From IMG/VR virus record IMGVR_UViG_3300022602_000070: a stretch of 64,000 bases of DNA. The stretch is one strand, 5' to 3'. Below the pieces are notes generated by a model. The model saw only the letters and a list, made by a program, of their open reading frames with translations, was not told the origin of the DNA and ran no database searches. This stretch comes from an uncultured virus (IMG/VR IMGVR_UViG_3300022602_000070). Lineage: Duplodnaviria > Heunggongvirae > Uroviricota > Caudoviricetes. Position numbers and translations under genes: made by a program. Positions within the stretch are counted from its first letter, which is position 1; each line of letters starts with the position of its first letter. Shown here one piece after another: positions 10,109 through 20,058 of the stretch.

Positions 10109-13100
10109 ATGGCAGAATTTAAACTTGGTAGACTACGCTTTGTATGGCAAGGCAATTGGACCACTGGTACAGCATACGTTAAAGACGACGTTGTAAGAAT
10201 TAGTGGTAAATCTTATGTTTGCGTAGTAGGTCACACAGCATCCACGAATTTTATCACAGATTTAAATGCAGTTCCAACAAAATGGAATTTAGTTGCAGAC
10301 GGATCTACATGGACTGGGACTTGGAATAATTCTACCTATTATAATACAAACGATCTTGTAAAATATGGCGGAGTAGTTTATATCTGTAACACTCCACATC
10401 AAAGTGTTCCAGCATCGATTACATTAACCACAACTGGTGCAAGTGCATCTAACGGAACAGCAACATTATCGTTTAATTCATCATTTACTATTAATGGTAC
10501 AGTATATGCTAATGCAGTACAACCATTTTTAGTTGGTGCAACTATTGTTGTTTCTGGTTTTTCAAGCGCGGCTAATTTTAACGGAACATTTACCGTTACT
10601 GCTTGTACAACAACTAGTGTAAGTTATGCATTGATCGGTTCATACACTGACACTGTTGGTACTATTACAGGTACTGCACAATCTGGATTGGAAGCTAGTT
10701 TATCAAATTGGACTACTTATGCTACCAGCATGAACTGGATTGGCAATTGGTCTATTAATACTCGATATAAAGACAATGACGTAATTAAGTACGGTGGCGA
10801 AACTTATGTTTGTAATACCGGCCACGTTAGTGCTAACACAGTTTTATTAGGATTAGAAGCTAATCAAAGCAACTGGACATTATTTGCTGATGGCTTCAAT
10901 TGGGAAACTGCATGGAGCAATGGAGTACACTATAAACTTAATGATGTAGTCACATATGGTGGTTATGTATATGTATGTAACACTCCTCACATTAGTGCGG
11001 CTTCAAGTCTTACACTTACTTCTACCAATTTTGTACTTAACGCCAACGTAGCTACAGCAACATTTGCTCAACAAGTTATTCCACCATACGCAGTTGGTTC
11101 AACTATTACTTTAGCAGGATTTAGTCCTCTAACGACTTCTGGAAGTGTTAATAATGTAAACGCATCCTTTACTGTTACTGCTTGTACAACTACTACAGTT
11201 TCTTTCGCATTAACTGGAACATATACAGTAGTAGTAGAAGGTACAATCACTGGAACAAGTCAGTTAGGTTTAGAAAACGATCAAAGCAAATGGGATTATT
11301 TCCACAAAGGATTTAATTATATTGCAGGAGGCTGGCAGCCTGATACACGATACAAGATTAACGACATTGTTAACTATGCAGGAACTGCTGGTTCAACCGG
11401 TGGCGACACTTGGATCTGTACAACAGCACACACATCTACAGGATCATTTGTTCAAACTAACTGGGCAAGATTTGTAGAAGGTTTAACATATTATAACACA
11501 TGGAGCAATACTACTGTATATACTCCGGGTGATCTTGTTACTTATGGCGGATTTAGTTACATTGCAACTTCAGTAGTACCAGCTGGCACAGTTCCACCAA
11601 CAGATGTATCCAGTCCAACTACGTTAAACATAACTAACGCAACTAGTACAGCCAGTGTGGTTACTTTAACATTTGCTACACAAAGTAGCATTCCGTTCCA
11701 AGCAGGACAAACCATTACTGTATCAGGAATGAGTCCAAGCGCATATAACGGACAATATGTTGTTACTGGTATTCCTTCGACCACCCAAGTACAATATTTG
11801 ATTAATGATGGTCCGATTGGTGCTTATTCTATTTTAGGTACAGTAGCATCAAACAACTGGGCATTATATACAACTGGATTTACATTAATCGGCGATTGGA
11901 GCAATGCTACAGCTTACCAAGTTGGTGATGTTGTTCGCTTAGGCGGTTACACATATTTGTGTATCGTAAATAACTCTGCTACACAACCGCCAAATACTAC
12001 ATATTGGTCTAAATTAAATAGCGGTGTTCGTTGGAATGCTCCAGGTTTATCATATACTGGATTAACTACAACTAACGTAACTGTAACTAACGGTGCCGCA
12101 GCCGGAGCAACATTCTCGGTTAGCACCAGCGGTACTACTTATAGTTTAACTAAAACAGCTAACGGTACAAATTATACCAACGGCGACATTATTAAGATTT
12201 TAGGTACAAGTGTTGGCGGTATTAGTCCATTCAACGATATTACAATTACAGTACTTACAACATCAACGGGTGCAATAAGTACTTTCTCTTCAACAGGTTA
12301 TGCAGTAACTTGGGCATCTGGCACACAGTATGTTGCTGGAGATGCAGTTGCATATGGTCCAAATAGTTACATCTGTATTTTAGCACACACCGGTGCTACT
12401 GGTAACAGACCGGATAATGATATAACAGGTACATATTGGAACACATTAGTAGCTGGTGCAAGCACAAGTATTTTAACTACTACCGGTGACATTGCATACT
12501 ATGGTCCAGGTGGTGCAACACGTTTACCGATTGGCGCTAGCGGACAAGTTCTTAAAGTTTCAAATTCTGGATACCCATCATGGGGATATTTTGGTATCGT
12601 TACAGATGTCTATTATGTTAGTAGCACAAATGGCGTAGATAGTCCAGCTCCTGGTTATGGCACTACATTAGACAGACCATGGAAAACTATCGCATACGCG
12701 GCCAAACAAGTATACAATGGAACATATTTCCCAAACACCAGTAACTTATTAACTAGAAATAAAGCATGGTTAATAGCAGAAATGTACAACTGGATGAACT
12801 ATGAAAAACAAAATAGTGTAACTCCGTTTACAACTGGTTCAACATATGATCCTTACAAAACACAACGTGATGCAGGCTACGTAGTCGATGCAGTTATCTA
12901 TGACTTAACACGTGGTGGAAATAGTCAAACAGTAGCGGCAGCATTGGCTTATTTCCAACAAGGAAGTACAAATACATTCTACGATACTGCGGTTGCAAGC
13001 GAAGTTGCTTTCTTCATAGCGTCTTTAAACTTCTTGTCAGGTTTAATGACATCAAACGCTATTACAAATACTGCTCCTGCTACAATTTATCAAAATTCTA

Positions 13101-16100
13101 CAGGATTGTATTCAGGAACAGCTAAACTTACAACATTGGCTATAACAGGTGCAAGCGGATTAAATGGACAAGTTACATTTACATTTGCAACACAAACTAA
13201 TTCTCCATTTGTTGTAGGAGAAGTTATTACAATTTCTAGCGTTAGCCCAGGTGCATACAACGGAACATATACCGTGTTGTCCATGACAACAAACAGTGTA
13301 ACTGTTTCAAGCACAGTAACATCAACTTATGTTAGCGGTGGTAACATTGCTGGTTCGTTAATTAGTCAAACAATTGACAGTAACTACTCAGCAGAAACCG
13401 GCGCAGGTAGTGCAATTACTACATTAATGAGTATTATTACTACAGCATTAACTAATCAAAGTACTGCTTCAATCCCAGCGGCAAATACTGGAACCACAAG
13501 TACTATCTTTATTAAAACTGGTACTTATAACGAAGTATTACCAATTATAGTTCCAGAAAACTGCGCATTAGTTGGCGATGAATTACGTGGAGTTATTGTA
13601 CAACCATTCGGAACTACAGCAACATTTAGTGCTACAATATCAAATACTACATTAACTGCGTCAGCAATGACAGCAATATTATCTAGCCAAGGTATTACAG
13701 CAACAGCGTCTGGCACTTATGGTTCTACAGGTACAGGCGGTGTTGTTACTGTAGCTAGCACATCAACTTTATCAACAGGTCATATAATTGTTGTTACTGG
13801 TTCAGGCGGTGGTGGCATTGCAGCCGGAACTTATTATGTAGGCTCAGTATTAACTGCTACAACAATGACATTGGCTACCAGTTGGGCTAACGCATTAGCA
13901 GGTACATACATTACATTATCATCTGGTTCAATTTCAGGTACAACATTTACAGCATACGGAAGTATTATTGTAGGTATGTTTGTTAACGGAACAGGAATTA
14001 GTGCTCCATTGCAAGTTACTGCACAGCTAACAGGCGCTACAGGTACTGCGGTTACAAGCTCAACAGCTTCTGGATCTAGCGGTAGCTTTACAATTACATT
14101 AACTTCGTCAAACGGCGCTATTGCTGTAGGACAATTTGTTTCAGGAAACGGCGCAACTATTGGTGCAATTCCTACAAATACATTTGTTACAGCAGTTAAT
14201 GGTACAACTGTAACATTAAGCAATGAATTAGTTTCTACATTAACTAGCACTACTGTTTATTTCTTTACACCAGGACAAACAGGAACTTACACATTAAATT
14301 CAACAGTTGTATCTCAATTGACATTATCTATCAGTAGTGAAACAATGACTGCTGGTTATGTATCTGGTAACATGTTCTATGTAAGAAACGGATCTGGTGT
14401 TAGAAATATGACCTTATATGGTTTAACTGGTAGTAAAGGTACTCCAGTTACTATTTCTTCAGGAAGTATAACTGCAACAACAGCAGGTACATTTGGTACA
14501 ACAAATACAGGCGGTTCAATTACTGTAGCTAGCACAGCTGGTATGGCTCCAGGTAATACATTTGTGGTTAGCGGTTCAGGTGGTAACGGATTATCTGCAA
14601 CCACTTACTATATTGGTTCAGTATTAAACGGTACTACATTAACACTATCTACTACTTACAACTTATCATTAGCAGGTACATACATTACATTAACATCTGG
14701 TTCAATTTCAGGTACTACGTATGCATCTAACTATGGAACAGCTCGCCCAACTGGCGGTGCGTATGTAAGTTTAGATCCAGGTACAGGCCCAAGCGATACA
14801 AGTGCTTGGATCTTTAGAAAATCACCTTACGTACAAAACGTAACAACATTTGGTACTGGTTGTGTCGGCTGTAAAGTAGACGGAACATTACACAACGGCG
14901 GAAACAGAAGTATTGTTGCTAACGACTTTACACAAGTGTTAAGCGATGGTATTGGTTTCTGGTTGTACGGCCCGGGCGCATTAGCAGAATTAGTTTCAGT
15001 GTTTACCTACTATAACCAAATTGGTTATTTGTCAGAAGCTGGCGGCAAAATGCGAGCAACTAACGGTAACTGCTCATACGGTAGTTACGGTGTAGTAGCC
15101 GAAGGTTATGACTTAACCGAAGTTCCAGTAACCGCAGTGGTTAATAACAGATATACTGGTCCTATCATTTCTAACGTTGTTACTGATTCTCTTAACACAG
15201 TTTATCGCGTTGAATTCACCAACGCAGGTTCTGCTGCCAACACAGCTACATTCTCGTTTGCTAGTTCAGGCGGTTATGGATTGACCAGTGTAGGAAATGA
15301 ATTTAGAGATAATGCAGTATTTGAAACTCGTTGGTTAACCGGCGGTGCAAACTATATGACCGCAGCCAACACAGGACAAAGTGGTACAACAAATAGTTTC
15401 ACTATTGCCGCGGTAGACACTAATATTAGTAGTGTGTATCAAGGAATGAGATTATTAGTAACTGGCGGTACTGGAGTTGGCCAAACAGGATTTATTGCTT
15501 ACTATAATAACGGTAGTAAAATTGCACAAATGGCTAAAGAAAGTTTTACGCCATTAGCAATTACTGGTTCAGTTAATGCAACAGCTAGTGCTACTTCTAT
15601 TATTTCAGGAACATCCTTAATTCCAACTGGTACAGTTACTGGAGCATTTGTTCCTGGTATGTATTTGTCTAGCGGTGGCACAGTTACCGCCGGCACATAT
15701 ATTACTCAACTTAACACTGGTTCAATTACAACAGGATCATTTGGTAATACAACTATTAGCTCAACAGGCACAGTAGGTAGTATTACTGGTACTGGCCCTT
15801 GGACTGCTACAATTACCGGTATGTCTACAACTGCTGGATTGTTTGTTGGTTCTCCAATTACAGCCACATCGGGTTCTGGAACACTATACGGTGGAAGCCC
15901 AACTAGTGTTGTAGTAGCAAGTATTGTAAGCACTACTAGTATCACTTATACAGTCACTGGTGGTACTACACCTACTGCGGGTACTATTACTAACGTTAAC
16001 ACCCCAGTGTTATTAGCAAGTGCAGGATCAAGCAATATTGCATCAAACGCAATATTGAGTGGTGGCGGAACTACCGCTGGTACATACGTTAAAGGTATGA

Positions 16101-19000
16101 TTAGTTCTAATGCTACAGCCGTAGTTACTGCTACATTTACTGGAACAAGTGGTACTAACACTATTACTTTAAGTTCATTTACAGTAGGTAGTATTACATC
16201 AGTATCACTTGGACAATTTGTGTCTGGTACAAGTTCTACTACTAACATAGCAATACCAGCTGGTACATTTGTTACAGCAATTAACGTGTTTACTAACGTA
16301 ATTACAATTAGTAACAATTTAATTGGTGCATTATCAGCAAGTTGCAGTATATATCCTGCAGGAACAGCTGGTACTTATGCTATTAGCAATAGTGCAACTG
16401 GAACTCCAACAGCATCGACACAATATGTAATCAATATTAGTCAAAACCAAGTAAGTGCAACTGTTACTGGTACACAAAATACATTAACAGCTAGCAGTAC
16501 TGCTACATTATACAATGGCATGCCATTGTATCTAAGTGCTCAAGTTGGTATCACTACAAGTACTACTACATTGTATTATGCAGTAGGTGTAACAACTGGT
16601 CCTGGTGCAACTAACTTTAGTTTAGGTACAACTTCTACTGCTACTACTCCAGTAACAGTAAGTGGTACCAGTGGATTAAGCGGTACTTATGTATGGGCCG
16701 CTGGTTGGGATCATGTTGTTCCTGGCACTCCAATCAAAGCAAACTTAGATGTAACATCAACTTACATTATCGAACCTAGATTAACATACACTAGCCCAGG
16801 ATTTACTCCTACTGCCGGTACTGTAACTTCTGCTACATGGATTGATTGTATTTACGGAGATTTGAATGCTACGTATTCTACTATCTCAGCAACTGGCGGA
16901 ACTGGTACAAGCGCAACATTTACTGTGGTTAAAACTGGTATTGCGTATGCAGTGACACAAGTAAGCGGCGGATCAAACTATACTATTGGCGATACATTAA
17001 CTATTGCTGGTACAAGTTTAGGAGGTCTTGCTCCTGCAAACAATGTTACAATTACAGTTACCAACGTTGGAACTCTTAACACTATTACTAACTTCACATT
17101 TACTGGTGCAGGTGCTGGTGGTATATATGTAGCAGTTACTAATAACAGCCAAACAGCAGGTTACAGTACAAACGGCACAACATGGACTGTTGGTTCAACA
17201 ATGCCTGCAAGTAGTAACTGGACTTCAGTTACAGCTGGTGCAGTCAGTGGTACAACTACTTGGGTAGCAGTACAAAATGGATCAAATAACTGTGCAGTAA
17301 GTACCAACGGTACATCATGGACAGCAGGCGGAAGTTTAGGCGTTGCTGTTAACTGGTCATCAGTAGCATATGGTAACGGTTACTTTGTAGCAATACAAAG
17401 CGGCGGAACTAATATGGTTTACAGTGCTAACCCAGCTGTATCATGGAGCGCAGGATCTGGATTACCAAGTTCTACAACATGGAGTTCAGTAGCATACGGA
17501 AATGGTGTGTGGGTAGCAATTGCCTATGGTGGAACAACGTCTGCTTACAGTACAAACGTTAACGCAAGTACATGGGTAGCAAGTGGTGGTTTGCCAAGCA
17601 ACCAGTATTGGACTAGTGTAACATTTGGTAAAGGTAAATTTGTTGCAGTGGCCGCTCAGTCAAATGTTTCAGCATATTCGTTTAACGGTATTACTTGGTA
17701 CGCAAGTACATTCAACTTACCTTCTGTTCAAACATGGAACAAAGTACGTTATGGACAAGGTTTATTCTTTGCAACCAACACTGATGCAACTACATTAGTA
17801 GCAACTTCGGAAGACGGTTTATTCTGGACAGCTCAAACAATGACAGCAGGTTCAGCAGGCGGTTGGCCAGCAGTAGCATTTGGTAATCCAAACAGCGTAC
17901 CTTTATGGATCGCATTGACAAATAGCACTACTGTAGCTGAGAGCATTGTAACAGGTTGTACTGCACAAGGCAGAGCGGCAGTTACATTGGCCACAGGTGT
18001 TACTGGTTTTAGAATGGTAGAACCAGGAAGCGGTTATGCAAGTACACCAACAATGACAATTACTGATCCAAACCAAACTACTGCGGCTACATGGACAGTA
18101 CGTGTTGGTACTGGTGCAGTAGCTAACCCAACTTATACTAACAGAGGTACAAGTTATGCAACGGCTAGTGCAACTGTATCAACAAATGGTTATGCAGATA
18201 TATACCAACCAGGTAGTTACATTAACGTAAGCGGACTAACAGTTAATCCAACAGCAGGATCTAACGTGTTGTTTGCTGGTAATAGTAACGTTTACAAATT
18301 GGTACAAGTTACTAACTATTTAGGAACAGGTAGTGGTATTGCACCATATACCGCACAATTCCAAATTAATCCTGCGTTGACTACTTCAAATGCACCAACA
18401 AATGGCACAGCAATTACATTAAGATTGAAATACAGTCAAGTACGTTTGACTGGACACGATTTCTTAAGTATTGGTACTGGTAACTTTGTTAATACAAATT
18501 ACCCAGGAACACCATTTATTGCGGCTAATAGTAACTATCAAACAGTTAGCAATAACGGTGGTCGTGTGTTCTTTACAAGTACTGACCAAGATGGTAACTT
18601 TAACGTTGGTAATTTATTCTCAGTTCAGCAAGCTACTGGTGTTACAACCCTAAACGCTAGTGCGTTTAACGTTGCTGGTTTGAACAGTTTAACAATTGGT
18701 GCAGTTAGTTTAGGTACAAATAGCGCAACTATTACACAATTTAGTACAGATCCGTACTTTACAGCAAATAGTGACAATATTTTACCTACGCAGAAAGCGA
18801 TTAAATCGTATATTACAAGCCAAATTGGTGGCGGCGGTAGTACATTGAATGTAAATACATTAACAGCTGGTATAATTTACATTGCTGGCAATACTATCAC
18901 AACAACAACTGGTGGACAAATCAAGGTATCTAACAAGATGTACTTTGTGGGTGGTATTGACGGACAACCACTAGCTATGAACTTTTTACTATTAAATTAA
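10109..19000 (+). CDS. Giant virion fibre/adhesin, paralogue of 4079..10051 expanded by inserted modules
   Basis: TAAATA at 10083-10088 and GAGGA RBS; same domain order and motifs as 4079..10051 plus about 1000 aa of Thr/Gly-rich inserts. Confidence 0.7.
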   Translation: MAEFKLGRLRFVWQGNWTTGTAYVKDDVVRISGKSYVCVVGHTASTNFITDLNAVPTKWNLVADGSTWTGTWNNSTYYNTNDLVKYGGVVYICNTPHQSVPASITLTTTGASASNGTATLSFNSSFTINGTVYANAVQPFLVGATIVVSGFSSAANFNGTFTVTACTTTSVSYALIGSYTDTVGTITGTAQSGLEASLSNWTTYATSMNWIGNWSINTRYKDNDVIKYGGETYVCNTGHVSANTVLLGLEANQSNWTLFADGFNWETAWSNGVHYKLNDVVTYGGYVYVCNTPHISAASSLTLTSTNFVLNANVATATFAQQVIPPYAVGSTITLAGFSPLTTSGSVNNVNASFTVTACTTTTVSFALTGTYTVVVEGTITGTSQLGLENDQSKWDYFHKGFNYIAGGWQPDTRYKINDIVNYAGTAGSTGGDTWICTTAHTSTGSFVQTNWARFVEGLTYYNTWSNTTVYTPGDLVTYGGFSYIATSVVPAGTVPPTDVSSPTTLNITNATSTASVVTLTFATQSSIPFQAGQTITVSGMSPSAYNGQYVVTGIPSTTQVQYLINDGPIGAYSILGTVASNNWALYTTGFTLIGDWSNATAYQVGDVVRLGGYTYLCIVNNSATQPPNTTYWSKLNSGVRWNAPGLSYTGLTTTNVTVTNGAAAGATFSVSTSGTTYSLTKTANGTNYTNGDIIKILGTSVGGISPFNDITITVLTTSTGAISTFSSTGYAVTWASGTQYVAGDAVAYGPNSYICILAHTGATGNRPDNDITGTYWNTLVAGASTSILTTTGDIAYYGPGGATRLPIGASGQVLKVSNSGYPSWGYFGIVTDVYYVSSTNGVDSPAPGYGTTLDRPWKTIAYAAKQVYNGTYFPNTSNLLTRNKAWLIAEMYNWMNYEKQNSVTPFTTGSTYDPYKTQRDAGYVVDAVIYDLTRGGNSQTVAAALAYFQQGSTNTFYDTAVASEVAFFIASLNFLSGLMTSNAITNTAPATIYQNSTGLYSGTAKLTTLAITGASGLNGQVTFTFATQTNSPFVVGEVITISSVSPGAYNGTYTVLSMTTNSVTVSSTVTSTYVSGGNIAGSLISQTIDSNYSAETGAGSAITTLMSIITTALTNQSTASIPAANTGTTSTIFIKTGTYNEVLPIIVPENCALVGDELRGVIVQPFGTTATFSATISNTTLTASAMTAILSSQGITATASGTYGSTGTGGVVTVASTSTLSTGHIIVVTGSGGGGIAAGTYYVGSVLTATTMTLATSWANALAGTYITLSSGSISGTTFTAYGSIIVGMFVNGTGISAPLQVTAQLTGATGTAVTSSTASGSSGSFTITLTSSNGAIAVGQFVSGNGATIGAIPTNTFVTAVNGTTVTLSNELVSTLTSTTVYFFTPGQTGTYTLNSTVVSQLTLSISSETMTAGYVSGNMFYVRNGSGVRNMTLYGLTGSKGTPVTISSGSITATTAGTFGTTNTGGSITVASTAGMAPGNTFVVSGSGGNGLSATTYYIGSVLNGTTLTLSTTYNLSLAGTYITLTSGSISGTTYASNYGTARPTGGAYVSLDPGTGPSDTSAWIFRKSPYVQNVTTFGTGCVGCKVDGTLHNGGNRSIVANDFTQVLSDGIGFWLYGPGALAELVSVFTYYNQIGYLSEAGGKMRATNGNCSYGSYGVVAEGYDLTEVPVTAVVNNRYTGPIISNVVTDSLNTVYRVEFTNAGSAANTATFSFASSGGYGLTSVGNEFRDNAVFETRWLTGGANYMTAANTGQSGTTNSFTIAAVDTNISSVYQGMRLLVTGGTGVGQTGFIAYYNNGSKIAQMAKESFTPLAITGSVNATASATSIISGTSLIPTGTVTGAFVPGMYLSSGGTVTAGTYITQLNTGSITTGSFGNTTISSTGTVGSITGTGPWTATITGMSTTAGLFVGSPITATSGSGTLYGGSPTSVVVASIVSTTSITYTVTGGTTPTAGTITNVNTPVLLASAGSSNIASNAILSGGGTTAGTYVKGMISSNATAVVTATFTGTSGTNTITLSSFTVGSITSVSLGQFVSGTSSTTNIAIPAGTFVTAINVFTNVITISNNLIGALSASCSIYPAGTAGTYAISNSATGTPTASTQYVINISQNQVSATVTGTQNTLTASSTATLYNGMPLYLSAQVGITTSTTTLYYAVGVTTGPGATNFSLGTTSTATTPVTVSGTSGLSGTYVWAAGWDHVVPGTPIKANLDVTSTYIIEPRLTYTSPGFTPTAGTVTSATWIDCIYGDLNATYSTISATGGTGTSATFTVVKTGIAYAVTQVSGGSNYTIGDTLTIAGTSLGGLAPANNVTITVTNVGTLNTITNFTFTGAGAGGIYVAVTNNSQTAGYSTNGTTWTVGSTMPASSNWTSVTAGAVSGTTTWVAVQNGSNNCAVSTNGTSWTAGGSLGVAVNWSSVAYGNGYFVAIQSGGTNMVYSANPAVSWSAGSGLPSSTTWSSVAYGNGVWVAIAYGGTTSAYSTNVNASTWVASGGLPSNQYWTSVTFGKGKFVAVAAQSNVSAYSFNGITWYASTFNLPSVQTWNKVRYGQGLFFATNTDATTLVATSEDGLFWTAQTMTAGSAGGWPAVAFGNPNSVPLWIALTNSTTVAESIVTGCTAQGRAAVTLATGVTGFRMVEPGSGYASTPTMTITDPNQTTAATWTVRVGTGAVANPTYTNRGTSYATASATVSTNGYADIYQPGSYINVSGLTVNPTAGSNVLFAGNSNVYKLVQVTNYLGTGSGIAPYTAQFQINPALTTSNAPTNGTAITLRLKYSQVRLTGHDFLSIGTGNFVNTNYPGTPFIAANSNYQTVSNNGGRVFFTSTDQDGNFNVGNLFSVQQATGVTTLNASAFNVAGLNSLTIGAVSLGTNSATITQFSTDPYFTANSDNILPTQKAIKSYITSQIGGGGSTLNVNTLTAGIIYIAGNTITTTTGGQIKVSNKMYFVGGIDGQPLAMNFLLLN
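13893..14715 (+). repeat. 49-bp direct repeat, 1 mismatch (13893-13941 and 14667-14715)
   Basis: CATTAGCAGGTACATACATTACATTA(T/A)CATCTGGTTCAATTTCAGGTAC at the ends of two homologous inserted modules. Confidence 0.9.
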
Positions 19001-19380
19001 CGGAGATTTAACATATGGCAACAGGACGATTAGGAGCAATAGACCTACTAACAGCGGCAACGGATACATTGCTATATACTGCTCCGGCTGGTAACTTTAC
19101 TGTAGCAACAGTTTCGATATGCAACCGAACAAACACGGATGCAACAGTAAGATTGGCTATTAGCTCATCTACTACAACTATTGCGGCAGCTGAATTTTTA
19201 GAATACGAATGTGATTTACTACCACACGGTGTGCTTGAGCGCACTGGTTTAGTACTACAAGCTGGATATTCTATTTTATTCCGCGGAAGTATTACTGGTA
19301 TTAATGCTGTAGCATACGGCATTGAAACGTCAACATCATAAAATAACGGAGATTTAACATATGGCAACAGGACGATTAGG
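18998..19380 (+). repeat. 37-bp exact direct repeat (18998-19034 and 19344-19380) marking a 346-bp tandem gene duplication
   Basis: TAACGGAGATTTAACATATGGCAACAGGACGATTAGG in both copies. Confidence 0.9.
19015..19341 (+). CDS. Small virion protein, tandem copy 1
   Basis: GGAG RBS; 108 aa; colinear with 19361..19687. Confidence 0.75.
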   Translation: MATGRLGAIDLLTAATDTLLYTAPAGNFTVATVSICNRTNTDATVRLAISSSTTTIAAAEFLEYECDLLPHGVLERTGLVLQAGYSILFRGSITGINAVAYGIETSTS

Positions 19381-19687
19381 GGTAGTAGATATTAATCCAG
19401 CGGCAACGGATACTCTGTTATATACTGCACCAGCAGGTTATTTTACAGTAGCAACAGTTTCATTTGCAAATCGAAGCAATAATGCTGTAACTGTAAGACT
19501 AGGAATTAGCTCATCCGCTACTACTATTGGTAGTAATGAGTTTATAGAGTATGAAACAGAAGTGTTATCGCATGGAGTTTTAGAGCGTACAGGGTTGGTT
19601 ATTCAAGCTGGATATTCAATTCTAGTTAGATCTAGCCAAATAAACGTAAATGCGGTGGCATATGGCATTGAGACGTCAACGTCATAA
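19361..19687 (+). CDS. Small virion protein, tandem copy 2
   Basis: GGAG RBS; 108 aa; MATGRLG...AYGIETSTS as in copy 1. Confidence 0.75.
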   Translation: MATGRLGVVDINPAATDTLLYTAPAGYFTVATVSFANRSNNAVTVRLGISSSATTIGSNEFIEYETEVLSHGVLERTGLVIQAGYSILVRSSQINVNAVAYGIETSTS

Positions 19688-19711
19688 ATACATTGATAAA
19701 GGAATATTCAT

Positions 19712-20041
19712 ATGGGACGATATATCACAACAACAGGAACTGCAGGGTCAGTAGTCCGCTACAACACAGGTACAGCTTATACCATTCAAACGAATGATCG
19801 TGTAATTTGCACTGCTGGCGGAATGACGTTAACTTTGCCTCCTACAGCGGCAGCATTAGACGGAGACATTTGTCAAGTCATTGATGCTACCGGTGCGTTT
19901 GCTGGTAGCCCAGTGACCATTGCGCAAAACGGTTCAGCGTACATTGCTAACCAAAATGCTAACTTGAGCTTAAACGTTAACTATGTATCTGTAACGTTTA
20001 TCTATAGCAGTGCGTATGGTTGGCTGATCGGCAGCAAATAA
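19712..20041 (+). CDS. Small baseplate/fibre connector-like protein
   Basis: TAAATA at 19685-19690, AAGGA RBS; pattern T.TLP....GD...V.DA.G.F....VTI..NG...GW resembles domains of T4-like baseplate/fibre proteins. Confidence 0.5.
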   Translation: MGRYITTTGTAGSVVRYNTGTAYTIQTNDRVICTAGGMTLTLPPTAAALDGDICQVIDATGAFAGSPVTIAQNGSAYIANQNANLSLNVNYVSVTFIYSSAYGWLIGSK

Positions 20042-20058
20042 AAAGGAGCGGGTAATAA

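Noticed and set aside
15545..16699. Inserted modules as self-splicing inteins
   Set aside because: No Cys/Ser start with His-Asn end; composition fits structural beta domains
152..19367. Many 60-140 aa minus-strand ORFs opposite the fibre genes
   Set aside because: Val/Pro/Leu-rich shadows of Thr/Gly/Asn codons with no RBS or promoter, fully overlapping long plus-strand genes
18998..19380. 37-bp direct repeats as a CRISPR array or attachment sites
   Set aside because: Only two copies, 346 bp apart, covering the RBS and first codons of duplicated genes
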